From: a bacterium
GTDB lineage: Bacteria > Zhuqueibacterota > Zhuqueibacteria > Oceanimicrobiales > Oceanimicrobiaceae
DNA length: 64,000 nucleotides
Assembly (NCBI GenBank): GCA_037446635.1
Contig: JBBIIG010000001.1
Coordinates: forward strand, 53,638 to 117,637
Direction: 5' to 3'
In this document: positions 49,474 through 58,205 of the stretch, piece by piece
Layout of the letters: every line of letters starts with the position of its first letter
Position numbering within the stretch: position 1 is the stretch's first letter
Program-made: the position numbers and the translations under genes
The notes under the pieces: generated by a model
The model's input: the letters and a program-made list of their open reading frames with translations, nothing else
What the model was told of the DNA's origin: nothing
Database searches by the model: none

Positions 49474-50331
49474 TCATTTCAGCAGCAGCGAGAGGTCGAG
49501 CGCCTTCGCGGAATGCGTCAACGCGCCCACCGAAATGTAGTCGACGCCAGTTTCCGCGATCGCGCCGACCGTCTCCAGCGTGACGCCGCCGGAAACCTCC
49601 AACTCCACTTGCCCGCCGGCCAATTTCACCGCTGCGCTAATTTGCGGCAAGGGCATGTTATCCAACATGATTCGATCAACTTTCAATTTCAATGCTTCCT
49701 GCACTTCCGCGAGAGTTTTTGTCTCGACTTCGATGGCCAGCGGCAGCTTTCTTGTCTTTAATTTCGCGCGAATGATCTCCACCGCTTTCGTGATGCCGCC
49801 CGCCGCCGCGATGTGGTTTTCTTTGATCAAAATCATATCAAATAATCCCAGCCGGTGATTGTCTCCACCCCCCATTCGCACCGCGTATTTTTCCAGGGCG
49901 CGCAAGCCGGGGGTGGTCTTGCGGGTGTCCAAAATTTTGGCGCGCGTGCCGGCAGTCCGTTCCACAAAGTGCGCGGTCAGAGTGGCGATGCCCGAGAGCC
50001 GCTGTAAAAAATTCAGGGCGGTGCGTTCGGCGGTGAGAATGCTGCGGGCCGAGCCGGAAATCGTTAGAACAACGTCGGAGAGGCTGACTTTATCGCCGTC
50101 TTCCCGGAGTTCCTCGAAGCGTAAACCCTCGTCCACCATTTGGAAAACGCGCTTCGCGATCGGAATTCCAGCAACAACGCCTGTACTTTTGGCGATGATG
50201 CTCCCCTGAGCCGGCGTTGATTTTGGGATCAGCAGTTCAGACGTCACGTCTCCCGGTTCAGACAAATCTTCTTCCAGCGCGGTTTCGATCAAGCGCTCGA
50301 TTTTATGATCGATAACGAAGGGATAGGTCAT
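49474..50331 (-). CDS. nadC: Quinolinate phosphoribosyltransferase
   Basis: ERTALNFLQRLSGIAT; DTRKTTPGLR; NHRLGL; IKENH; IMLDN; EVSGG. Confidence 0.97.
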   Translation of the reverse strand: MTYPFVIDHKIERLIETALEEDLSEPGDVTSELLIPKSTPAQGSIIAKSTGVVAGIPIAKRVFQMVDEGLRFEELREDGDKVSLSDVVLTISGSARSILTAERTALNFLQRLSGIATLTAHFVERTAGTRAKILDTRKTTPGLRALEKYAVRMGGGDNHRLGLFDMILIKENHIAAAGGITKAVEIIRAKLKTRKLPLAIEVETKTLAEVQEALKLKVDRIMLDNMPLPQISAAVKLAGGQVELEVSGGVTLETVGAIAETGVDYISVGALTHSAKALDLSLLLK

Positions 50332-50385
50332 GCGATCGCCCTCAAAAATACAAAATCAAGTTAGCGAAAAAAAATGGGAATAGAA

Positions 50386-50419
50386 ATGAAAAAGCCGCGA
50401 AGGTAAGCGGCTCTTTCAT
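50386..50419 (-). terminator. Intrinsic terminator after the VIT-vWA gene
   Basis: Minus strand GAAAGAGCCGC-TTACCTTC-GCGGCTTTTTC. Confidence 0.65.
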
Positions 50420-50458
50420 GGCTAAAAGGAGGAGGGGTAGTGATGAGGAAACACTAAC

Positions 50459-52666
50459 TTATTTATTTGCGAAAAAAGTTTTTATTCCCGCCGTTGAAAT
50501 TTCTTCCAAGCCTTTTTCATCAATCTGAACGAATTTATTGTTGAATTTGAAAATCACTTTTGTTCCGAGGGCCAGGTAGGGCGCGGTTTTCGGGTACGTT
50601 TTAAGCAAAGTAAAATAAGCTTCGCTGCCGTATTTGATGTGAAGCGCCGGCGCGTTTTCGTTAAACTCAACGTCCAGCCAATAACCGCGGGCATCCTGCA
50701 CGAAGGTGCGATCGCCGGCGCGTTTCATCCCGGAGAGCAATCTGCCATCGATGGTTTCCGCCTCTTTAAGACGGCGGGAAGTTTTACTATAGGACACGGC
50801 GCTTTTGCCGACGTCGGCGCTCAAAGCAGCAGGTTGATAGTCCACGCTCACTTTATCTCTCAAATCGGAAAGCACGGGCGCATCTTTGTGAATGAACATC
50901 GCCGTGTAAGGCGTCACGATTCCATAGCGCTTGCTTAGTTCGACAACTTCCGTGATGAGGTCTTTGCGCTCGCGTTCATTGGGGTTCAATTTTATTTGTT
51001 CCAACAGAAAGCCGATTTTGCGCGTCGCCCAGAGCTGCGGCAGTTGCGGATTGTCCGGGTTCCGCTCGGGGAAACTGACGTCGTAAGTAAAACTTTTTTT
51101 CGAGTCATTGAATTGCCCTGCGAGTTTAATTTGCGCCGCGCCGTAATTTTTGTATCGTCCAACAATGGTCAACTGCGAGCCGCGAAATAAATCCGGCAGC
51201 GCTTTGGGGTAAACGTTTGAAACTTCCACCGCTCCGTAATCCAATTCCAGGGCCGAAAGCACGGGTTCGCTGATTTTGTTGTAAAACGATGAGATGGCGG
51301 TTTCGATGTCGTCATCCGGCTCGATGTAGTCCGCAACCGCCCGGCTGTCCTGCGCGATGCCATCGAGCAACTGGGTGTTGACGTCGTAACCAACGCCGAA
51401 CGTAAAAATGCGGTAGCGTTCTTTGTTGAGACGCTTGACGTTGCTGCGAATTTCATCGACGTCCTTTACGCCAACCGTGGGCAGGCCGTCGGTGATGAAA
51501 ACAATTTTGGGAGAATGGCTGCGGCCGCCCTTCATATCCAACGCCGTCAGCAGCGCTTCGTTGATATTCGTGCCGCCTTTTGCTTCAAGACGGTTGATGA
51601 ATTCAAGCGCTTCCTGGCGCGCCTGCGCCGCGTTCACCAGTTCACTCTTAAAAAGCTTGGCCTCGGTGCCGAAGGCGATGATGTTAAAATGATCGTTGCT
51701 GCTGAGACTATTAATAGCAAATTTCAACGCCTCTTTAGCCTGCAATAGCTTGTCGCCGGCCATGCTTCCGGAAATATCCAATACCAAAATCAGGTCTTTG
51801 TTGAGGATTTTATAATTTGGAATTTTCACGTTGGGGGAAATCAGCATCATGAAAAACCCATCGTCATCGTTATCGTCATCGTTATCGCGATGAGTGAGAA
51901 GATTCAAACCGAAGTCGCCGTCGTTCAAGCCGTAGTAAAGAATAAAATCACCGGCGGCGTCCCCCAGGCCCTGGTAGTGAATTCTGGCGTGCGTATCGCT
52001 TTGGCGAACGACGTCGATCTTGTGAGTCGGCGAATAGATATTTTTTAAGCCGCTGCGGGCGCTGATTTTGACGGTGATCTCTTCGTTGGTTTCCCGCGGC
52101 GGCGGCGCACCCTTTTGCGGCCGGGGATTTCGGAAAACAACCGGGTTGGCGCGCGAAAATTGAAAATTGCCTCGCAACGGGTGCACGATTTTTACCAGGC
52201 CGTCGTTATTTTCAAGGACTTGATTATAAACTAAATTTATTTTCCGCTGCTCTCCCGGCTGAATTGGAAACACTTTGAGCCGGAAGAATTTGTGATCGAT
52301 CATTTCCAGCAGCGCCGGATCGATGTTTTTTCTGACAATCTCATCGTAAAGCCGGACGGCGTCTTCCCGCTCCAGCAGCTCTCCCTCTAAAACTTTGCCG
52401 TCCACCAGCATCGAGAAGTTGGATACGACTGCTGCTTTTGGAATGGGAAAACAATATATACCTTCGATGGGAGTCGGGGTGGAATTAAAAAACTCCTGTT
52501 CTACTTGAACCTTCGAAAGCTGATCTTTGATATCGATGACGACTTTCTGGGAAATCAGATCGGGCAGCGGTATCCGGTCATCGATCGGAATCATGAAACC
52601 CTGCGGCCTTGCGACATGATTCAACACTAGCACGGCGACGACAGTAAAAATGATCTGCTTTTTCAT
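50459..52666 (-). CDS. Exported VIT + von Willebrand A domain protein (inter-alpha-trypsin-inhibitor-like)
   Basis: Signal peptide; VIT (VEQEFFN...EGIYCFPIP...GELLEREDA...); MIDAS LDISGSM, GGTNI, FITDG; LWATRKIG...YGIVTPYT. Confidence 0.9.
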   Translation of the reverse strand: MKKQIIFTVVAVLVLNHVARPQGFMIPIDDRIPLPDLISQKVVIDIKDQLSKVQVEQEFFNSTPTPIEGIYCFPIPKAAVVSNFSMLVDGKVLEGELLEREDAVRLYDEIVRKNIDPALLEMIDHKFFRLKVFPIQPGEQRKINLVYNQVLENNDGLVKIVHPLRGNFQFSRANPVVFRNPRPQKGAPPPRETNEEITVKISARSGLKNIYSPTHKIDVVRQSDTHARIHYQGLGDAAGDFILYYGLNDGDFGLNLLTHRDNDDDNDDDGFFMMLISPNVKIPNYKILNKDLILVLDISGSMAGDKLLQAKEALKFAINSLSSNDHFNIIAFGTEAKLFKSELVNAAQARQEALEFINRLEAKGGTNINEALLTALDMKGGRSHSPKIVFITDGLPTVGVKDVDEIRSNVKRLNKERYRIFTFGVGYDVNTQLLDGIAQDSRAVADYIEPDDDIETAISSFYNKISEPVLSALELDYGAVEVSNVYPKALPDLFRGSQLTIVGRYKNYGAAQIKLAGQFNDSKKSFTYDVSFPERNPDNPQLPQLWATRKIGFLLEQIKLNPNERERKDLITEVVELSKRYGIVTPYTAMFIHKDAPVLSDLRDKVSVDYQPAALSADVGKSAVSYSKTSRRLKEAETIDGRLLSGMKRAGDRTFVQDARGYWLDVEFNENAPALHIKYGSEAYFTLLKTYPKTAPYLALGTKVIFKFNNKFVQIDEKGLEEISTAGIKTFFANK

Positions 52667-52675
52667 TCCTACCAA

Positions 52676-53752
52676 TTATTTTTGAATCAACGATTCGAAG
52701 GCGCTCACTTTGAGAAGGTAGCGCTCCTCGCCCATCTGCACTTTCAGCAACTCTTCGTGTTCGCGATAAAAACGCAGCGCTTCTTTTGCTTTTTCCGAAT
52801 TCTTCGATTCCTCGACCATCTTCGCCAGCGTCAGAGCCAAATTATAAATTCCGAGGGCGCGATACGTCGCATCCTTTTCGCGGCTGATATATGAAAGCCA
52901 GATGTTCCTTTTTTCTTCCAGTGACATGCTCTGTTGCACGATCCACAGCGTTTGTGAAAAACTGCTTTGCGAGTCCTCAGCTTGTGAACCAGTGTTTAAG
53001 GGAGCGGCCGTGCTGCGTGAGTTGCCGTCAAAAGTGAGCGCGAAAACGCGCCGGTTGGCGGCCGCCTCCTCACGTTCTTCCTCTGCTTGCACGAAGGAAT
53101 CGGTGTTCAACGAAGTGGTGGGATAAAGAACTTTCTTTCCCTGCATCGGTTTTACTGGCTCAGCCCGTACCGGCAAATTGCGGATGTTGTCGGCAATCGC
53201 ATCAGATGGCGCAGGATGTTGCACGGGCTGAGTCGGCAAGGATGGCGCCGCTTCGACCTTTTCCATTGGCAGAATCGTCGGCTTGGCATCATCAGATTTT
53301 AATTTCGCAATTTCTGCGCTGGTTCGAGTCGATAACTGGCTTGGTGGCGCGTCGGCTGTGGCAATTTCTTTGGCGGGGACTTCTGATTGAGGTTGCGAAT
53401 CAAAGCTGCGCCAGAAAAACATCACCGCCAAAACCGCCAGCGCGCCGGCTAAACCCCAGCGCACGCTCACTGGGGCGAATGTTTTTTGAATGGCGTTGAG
53501 CAATTTATCGAAAATCGCGTGCTGCTTTTGCGCAGCAAGTTTTTTGAAAATGACACGCGGCAGGGTTTCCCAATATTGCGGCGGCGGCTCGGTTAAGATG
53601 AAATCGGTTTTGAAAACTTGATCTACCTTTTTGAGCGATTCGAGCATCAGCGCACATGCCGGACACGTTGCGAGATGTTCGGCTACTTCAGCATCCGCAA
53701 TCGCATCACCCAAATGCATGCTGATTTTTTCTTTTGCATCGTGACAAGTCAT
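52676..53752 (-). CDS. Zinc-binding (zf-HC2/ZAS) anti-sigma factor with one TM segment and an extracytoplasmic domain
   Basis: MTCHDAKEKISMHL...HLATCPAC; TM WGLAGALAVLAVMFFW; directly downstream of the ECF sigma. Confidence 0.8.
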   Translation of the reverse strand: MTCHDAKEKISMHLGDAIADAEVAEHLATCPACALMLESLKKVDQVFKTDFILTEPPPQYWETLPRVIFKKLAAQKQHAIFDKLLNAIQKTFAPVSVRWGLAGALAVLAVMFFWRSFDSQPQSEVPAKEIATADAPPSQLSTRTSAEIAKLKSDDAKPTILPMEKVEAAPSLPTQPVQHPAPSDAIADNIRNLPVRAEPVKPMQGKKVLYPTTSLNTDSFVQAEEEREEAAANRRVFALTFDGNSRSTAAPLNTGSQAEDSQSSFSQTLWIVQQSMSLEEKRNIWLSYISREKDATYRALGIYNLALTLAKMVEESKNSEKAKEALRFYREHEELLKVQMGEERYLLKVSAFESLIQK

Positions 53753-53756
53753 TCCT

Positions 53757-54350
53757 TCACACCTCAATATTTTTTGTTTCCAGATAACCGTTGAGCAAGA
53801 GCCGTAACTTATCGCGGGCGCGGGAAAGTCGCGACATGACAGTGCCAATCGAAATTTGCAAAGCGTCGCTGATTTCCTGGTAACTTAGCTCTTCTCTCAC
53901 CCGCAGCAAAAACACTACGCGTTGCTCGGCTGGGATTTTGCCGAGGGCTTCCTTCAATTTGCTCAACAACTCTCCCCCTTCCGCTTGAAACGTTTGCTGC
54001 GGAGATTCCGCCAGATCCAGTTGATGATTGTTGCCGTCGAGATCATCGAGTGAAAAGGCGCGCGTGCGAGCCTTCTTTTTTTGATAATTTAAGGCAGTGT
54101 TCACGGCGATGCGATACAACCAGGGGTAAAACGGGTAGCTCTCGTCATAAGTATCGAGCTTTGTGTATGCTTTGATAAACGTCTCTTGGATGACATCATC
54201 GGCGTCGTCGTGATTCATCACCAACTGCAGGACGGTAAAATAGATTCGCTTTTGATATTTTCGAATAATCCACTCAAAAGCGTTGGCGTCGCCCGAAAGC
54301 GACTTTTTGATGTAATTCAATACATCGTTTTCATTGACTGACGATTCCAT
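53757..54350 (-). CDS. ECF sigma factor (SigW/RpoE-like)
   Basis: DADDVIQETFIKAY; FYPWLYRIAVN; ELSYQEISDALQISIGTVMSRLSRAR. Confidence 0.93.
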   Translation of the reverse strand: MESSVNENDVLNYIKKSLSGDANAFEWIIRKYQKRIYFTVLQLVMNHDDADDVIQETFIKAYTKLDTYDESYPFYPWLYRIAVNTALNYQKKKARTRAFSLDDLDGNNHQLDLAESPQQTFQAEGGELLSKLKEALGKIPAEQRVVFLLRVREELSYQEISDALQISIGTVMSRLSRARDKLRLLLNGYLETKNIEV

Positions 54351-54506
54351 CTCTGCACGGCTATTAGGTTAAAACAAGGGTCCCGTGGCCTAAAGGCTGT
54401 TAATTATACTCGCTTTTAACGAATTTATTCCATTAAAGTAACACCAGTCGGGAAGTTTTTTGGGAAGGAAAAAATGATTCGCGGATTGGAAAGCGAAAAT
54501 GAGAAA

Positions 54507-57500
54507 TTAGCGGTTGGCGCTCTGCTCCCGCTCCAGTTCCTCCAGCTTTTGTGCGGCGAAGCGGCCAAAGTTGCTACCCATCCCTTCCGAGCTGACAATT
54601 TGTTTGAGAATGGTTTTGGCCTGCTCCATCTCGCCCAAACTGACGAGGCATTTGCTGGCCTCAAACAGCGCGGTGACGTGCCAGGGCAACTTGGTGGGCG
54701 CAGTGAGATATTTCACCCGCAGGTACTCCGCCACTGCGCGCGTGAAATTTCCCATTTCGCGGTAGCACTGCGCGATATAAAATTGAATCTCCGCTTGCGA
54801 TTCCGGCGCGGCAAACGGCTGCAGCCGCTGAAAGCTCTCGATGGCGCGCGGGTACTCCCGCAAATTCATCAACAGCCGCGCCGCTTCAATTTTCATATTG
54901 AAGGCGTCGTCCGAATAGGGATAGGCGTCGAGGTACTCGCGGATGGTTACAATCGCCAAATCCCACCACTGAGCATCGCTGTAGCATTTGATGAGATAGC
55001 GCAGCGCGGATTGGTGATACGTCCCCGCTTTCGGATGCGACAGAATTTTTTTGAAAGCGCCGATGGCGTTTTCAAGCTGCTGCGATTTGTAATAAAAATC
55101 GCCGAGGTTGAAATAGCTGGCGGGCGCCACCCGGCTTTCCGGATATTTTGACGGAATGTCGGTGAGAATTTTCAACGCGTCTTCGGTGTGATTGGTGATC
55201 AGATACACCGCGCCCAGTCCAAACTCTCCTTCCGCGGCCTCGTCTCCTTTAAAATCACTCTTCAGTTTTTTGAAGGTTTTTTCGGCGAGATCAAAACTTT
55301 TGTCGGCAATCAGGGCGTGCCCTTTATCAATTAAAAACTGCGCCTCGGCGGATTTGGCGCTCTTGAATTTTTTGCGAAACGCTTCGGCTTCGGAATCGGC
55401 GGCGGCAAACTGGCGAAGCTTGTAGCGGCAGCGCACGGTCTGACTGGCCGGATATTCTTCGTCGGATAGGTTGTCTGCCAACTTTGACGCGGTGGAATAG
55501 TGGTCGAGCGCTTCGTTATACAAAGCCTGACTGAAAAAAATATCGCCCAGCGCCACGTGACATTGACGCTGATAAACAGGCTGCGGATGATGGGTCAATA
55601 ATTTTTGATAGAATTCCCGCGCCAGCGCAAGCTTATTTTGCTTTTGGCACAGACGCGCCACCGCTAATAACGCCTCGGGCAAATTGGCGTGGTTAGGATT
55701 GTGATGAATGAAATCCAAGTAGCCGGCGAGGGCAGCCTCCCACTGGCCTAAATTCTCGTTGGTGCGCGCCTCGTAAAAGGAAACGTCGCTGACTCCGGCA
55801 ACACCATTGGCGCCGTCGCTGGGCGATCGCACATGTTGGAGTTTTCGATAGCCATCCAGCGCCGATTGAAAGTCGCCAATTTGGAAATGAAGATCGGCTA
55901 ATTCTTTTTGTGCGGTTTTCGCCAGCGGCGAATAATAAAACTCGGAAATCAGCCGCTGCAAATGCGCAATCGCGGAATCGAAATTTTTGTTTTTAGCCTC
56001 CAGCCTCGCCTGCAACAAAAGCGCGTCCGCAGAAAATGGGTCTTTCGGAAATCGCTCAATAAAGTCGTTTAGCCGTTGTATTGCAATTGAGTCCGCGCCG
56101 AGTTTGCTAAACGCGAGAGCTTCTTTAAAGGCGGCTTCTTCATAGTAGGGACTCGCTTGGCCGCGCGCCAAAACTTTTTGATAGTAGCGCAACGCCTCTT
56201 CAAGTGAGGAGCGATCATTTTCCGCTGCCCCAGCGAAAAGCTCCTCGGCGCGGCGGAGCGCAATCAAATCGGCAAATTTACTGGCGGGCAAACGCGTTTC
56301 CCACTTTTTGAAAATTTCAGCCTGCATTGAATGGTCGTTCAGCGATAATTGCGAACGCAGCTCCTCAACTCGTGTGAGGAGATAAAAGGCATCGTCCAAC
56401 CATTGTGTTGAATCGGTCTGATTGATCAAAAAATTCAGACTGACGCCGGCGCTATCCAGATAGCTGAGCGATTGCGCTGTCCGATCTTGGAGAAGGGATT
56501 TTTCCGCCATCAAAAAATAGCAATGGCCGAGCCGGTAATACGATTCATTCTTTGTTTCTGAATCGGCCGCCAGTTGCAAAACACCTCGCCATTCGCCAAG
56601 CGCAGACTCAAAGTCTTTGGCCTGAAAATGCGCTTTTCCCAATTCCACGTGCCAGTCGATTTCATCTTTGCCCTGCGCAGATTTGAGCAGCTTAGAAACC
56701 AACGAGAGTTTTGGCGGATCGAAGGCAATCGTCTCCGCGATCATTTCAGAGCGGCGCTTGGCCAGCGCATAGTTATCTCCAGCGGGATAGCGCGATAAAT
56801 AGTTGGACAACTCCTGAAAGGCGAGACGATACTCGCCGAGGCGCTGATAGCAGTGCGCCAGCGCCAATTGCGCTTCGTCCACTTGCGGGTGCAGCGGAAA
56901 ACGCTCCACGAAATCAGAAAAGGCGCGCAGCGCTTTCGAGTAATCATTTAAATATCTTTGATAAATCTCTGCTTTTTTGAAAAGTAATTCACTGTCGAGA
57001 GAACTTTGTGGAAATTCAGAAAAAAAGTGTTGAATCAACATTATTGCATCGTAATACTTTTGGGAATGAATGTATGCTTCAAGCAACTCGCGATAGCCGT
57101 CTTCGCCTATAAAGCTCGAATCATTTTTGGAGATAAGCGCCTCGAGAATTTGGATCGCTTGCTGCGATTGCCCGAATTGATTCGCCGCCCGCGCCGCTTT
57201 GATCAGTGCATTGCCTTTTTCCGGCTCGGTAAAAAGACGGGCCGCCTCCTGATAATTTCTAAACGCTTCCTCAAATCTCCCCAATGAAAACAGAGCCTCT
57301 GCTTTAACGAGATACGCCTGGGGCATCAAACTCGGTTCGCCGCGGCCGGCCAAAAATTTATCCAGATAGGTTAGCGCTGCATCGCTGAGGCGGCGATGAA
57401 AATATAATTCGCCGAGATAAAAATTGGCTTGCTGTGCGCGTTGATCGTTGGGAAAATCTTTGAGGAGTTTTAAGTAAATCGACTCGGCCTCTGCGGTTTG

Positions 57501-58193
57501 CCCAAGTTTGTTATAGATATGAGCGCGCAGTAGATAGACGCGCACGTCCTTAAAGTCAGCTCCGTACGAACGCACGACGCCCTCGATTTGAGCGAGCGCT
57601 GCCTGGTAGTCGTTATTTTGAAAGTAACTGTCGATTAACTCGAAATGGGCATCCAAACGCTCGACCGCTTCGGGATAAATTTGAATCAGCGTCAAAAAGC
57701 TGTCGCGGGCCAGCTTGAGGGCGTCGGCTTTCAGATAGGCGCGCCCGGCCTCCAAATACCCTTTGGCTGCCCACTCACTTTCGGGGTGGAACACGGCCAC
57801 GCGTTTGAACAACTCGGCGGCTTCCGAGAATCGCTTTTGCTGCAAAACACACTGCGCCAATCGAAAGCGCGCCGGCGCCAGCCACTCCGATTGCGGAAAC
57901 GCAATCTCCAATTGTTTGTACGACTCGAAGGCGTCTGCGATCTTGCCGCCGTCGAAGAAGGCGTTGCCGGAGAGGAAAAGCGCGTCATCGCATTTCTCGT
58001 GCGCGGGATACTTGTTTGCAAAAGCCCGAAATTGCTCGCCGGCCAGCTCGTACAACTTATCCTGAAACAGTTTGTGGGCAAAGCCAAATTCATCTTCTAT
58101 TTTTACCGGCTGACTTAAAGCTTCGCTTATCATCCAAAGCGATTGACAAAATAGCGTCAAGGAAATGAAAGTTTTAAACAAGATTTTGATCAT
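54507..58193 (-). CDS. Large exported TPR protein (BamD/CpoB-like repeats)
   Basis: Signal peptide; many repeats of the type ..L...(Y/F)P.S....A.(F/Y).LG. Confidence 0.85.
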   Translation of the reverse strand: MIKILFKTFISLTLFCQSLWMISEALSQPVKIEDEFGFAHKLFQDKLYELAGEQFRAFANKYPAHEKCDDALFLSGNAFFDGGKIADAFESYKQLEIAFPQSEWLAPARFRLAQCVLQQKRFSEAAELFKRVAVFHPESEWAAKGYLEAGRAYLKADALKLARDSFLTLIQIYPEAVERLDAHFELIDSYFQNNDYQAALAQIEGVVRSYGADFKDVRVYLLRAHIYNKLGQTAEAESIYLKLLKDFPNDQRAQQANFYLGELYFHRRLSDAALTYLDKFLAGRGEPSLMPQAYLVKAEALFSLGRFEEAFRNYQEAARLFTEPEKGNALIKAARAANQFGQSQQAIQILEALISKNDSSFIGEDGYRELLEAYIHSQKYYDAIMLIQHFFSEFPQSSLDSELLFKKAEIYQRYLNDYSKALRAFSDFVERFPLHPQVDEAQLALAHCYQRLGEYRLAFQELSNYLSRYPAGDNYALAKRRSEMIAETIAFDPPKLSLVSKLLKSAQGKDEIDWHVELGKAHFQAKDFESALGEWRGVLQLAADSETKNESYYRLGHCYFLMAEKSLLQDRTAQSLSYLDSAGVSLNFLINQTDSTQWLDDAFYLLTRVEELRSQLSLNDHSMQAEIFKKWETRLPASKFADLIALRRAEELFAGAAENDRSSLEEALRYYQKVLARGQASPYYEEAAFKEALAFSKLGADSIAIQRLNDFIERFPKDPFSADALLLQARLEAKNKNFDSAIAHLQRLISEFYYSPLAKTAQKELADLHFQIGDFQSALDGYRKLQHVRSPSDGANGVAGVSDVSFYEARTNENLGQWEAALAGYLDFIHHNPNHANLPEALLAVARLCQKQNKLALAREFYQKLLTHHPQPVYQRQCHVALGDIFFSQALYNEALDHYSTASKLADNLSDEEYPASQTVRCRYKLRQFAAADSEAEAFRKKFKSAKSAEAQFLIDKGHALIADKSFDLAEKTFKKLKSDFKGDEAAEGEFGLGAVYLITNHTEDALKILTDIPSKYPESRVAPASYFNLGDFYYKSQQLENAIGAFKKILSHPKAGTYHQSALRYLIKCYSDAQWWDLAIVTIREYLDAYPYSDDAFNMKIEAARLLMNLREYPRAIESFQRLQPFAAPESQAEIQFYIAQCYREMGNFTRAVAEYLRVKYLTAPTKLPWHVTALFEASKCLVSLGEMEQAKTILKQIVSSEGMGSNFGRFAAQKLEELEREQSANR

Positions 58194-58205
58194 TGAATTA
58201 TCTGT

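Noticed and set aside
54351..54506. Autoregulatory ECF promoter upstream of the ECF sigma
   Set aside because: Only weak, ambiguous -35/-10-like words; cannot be supported without alignment.
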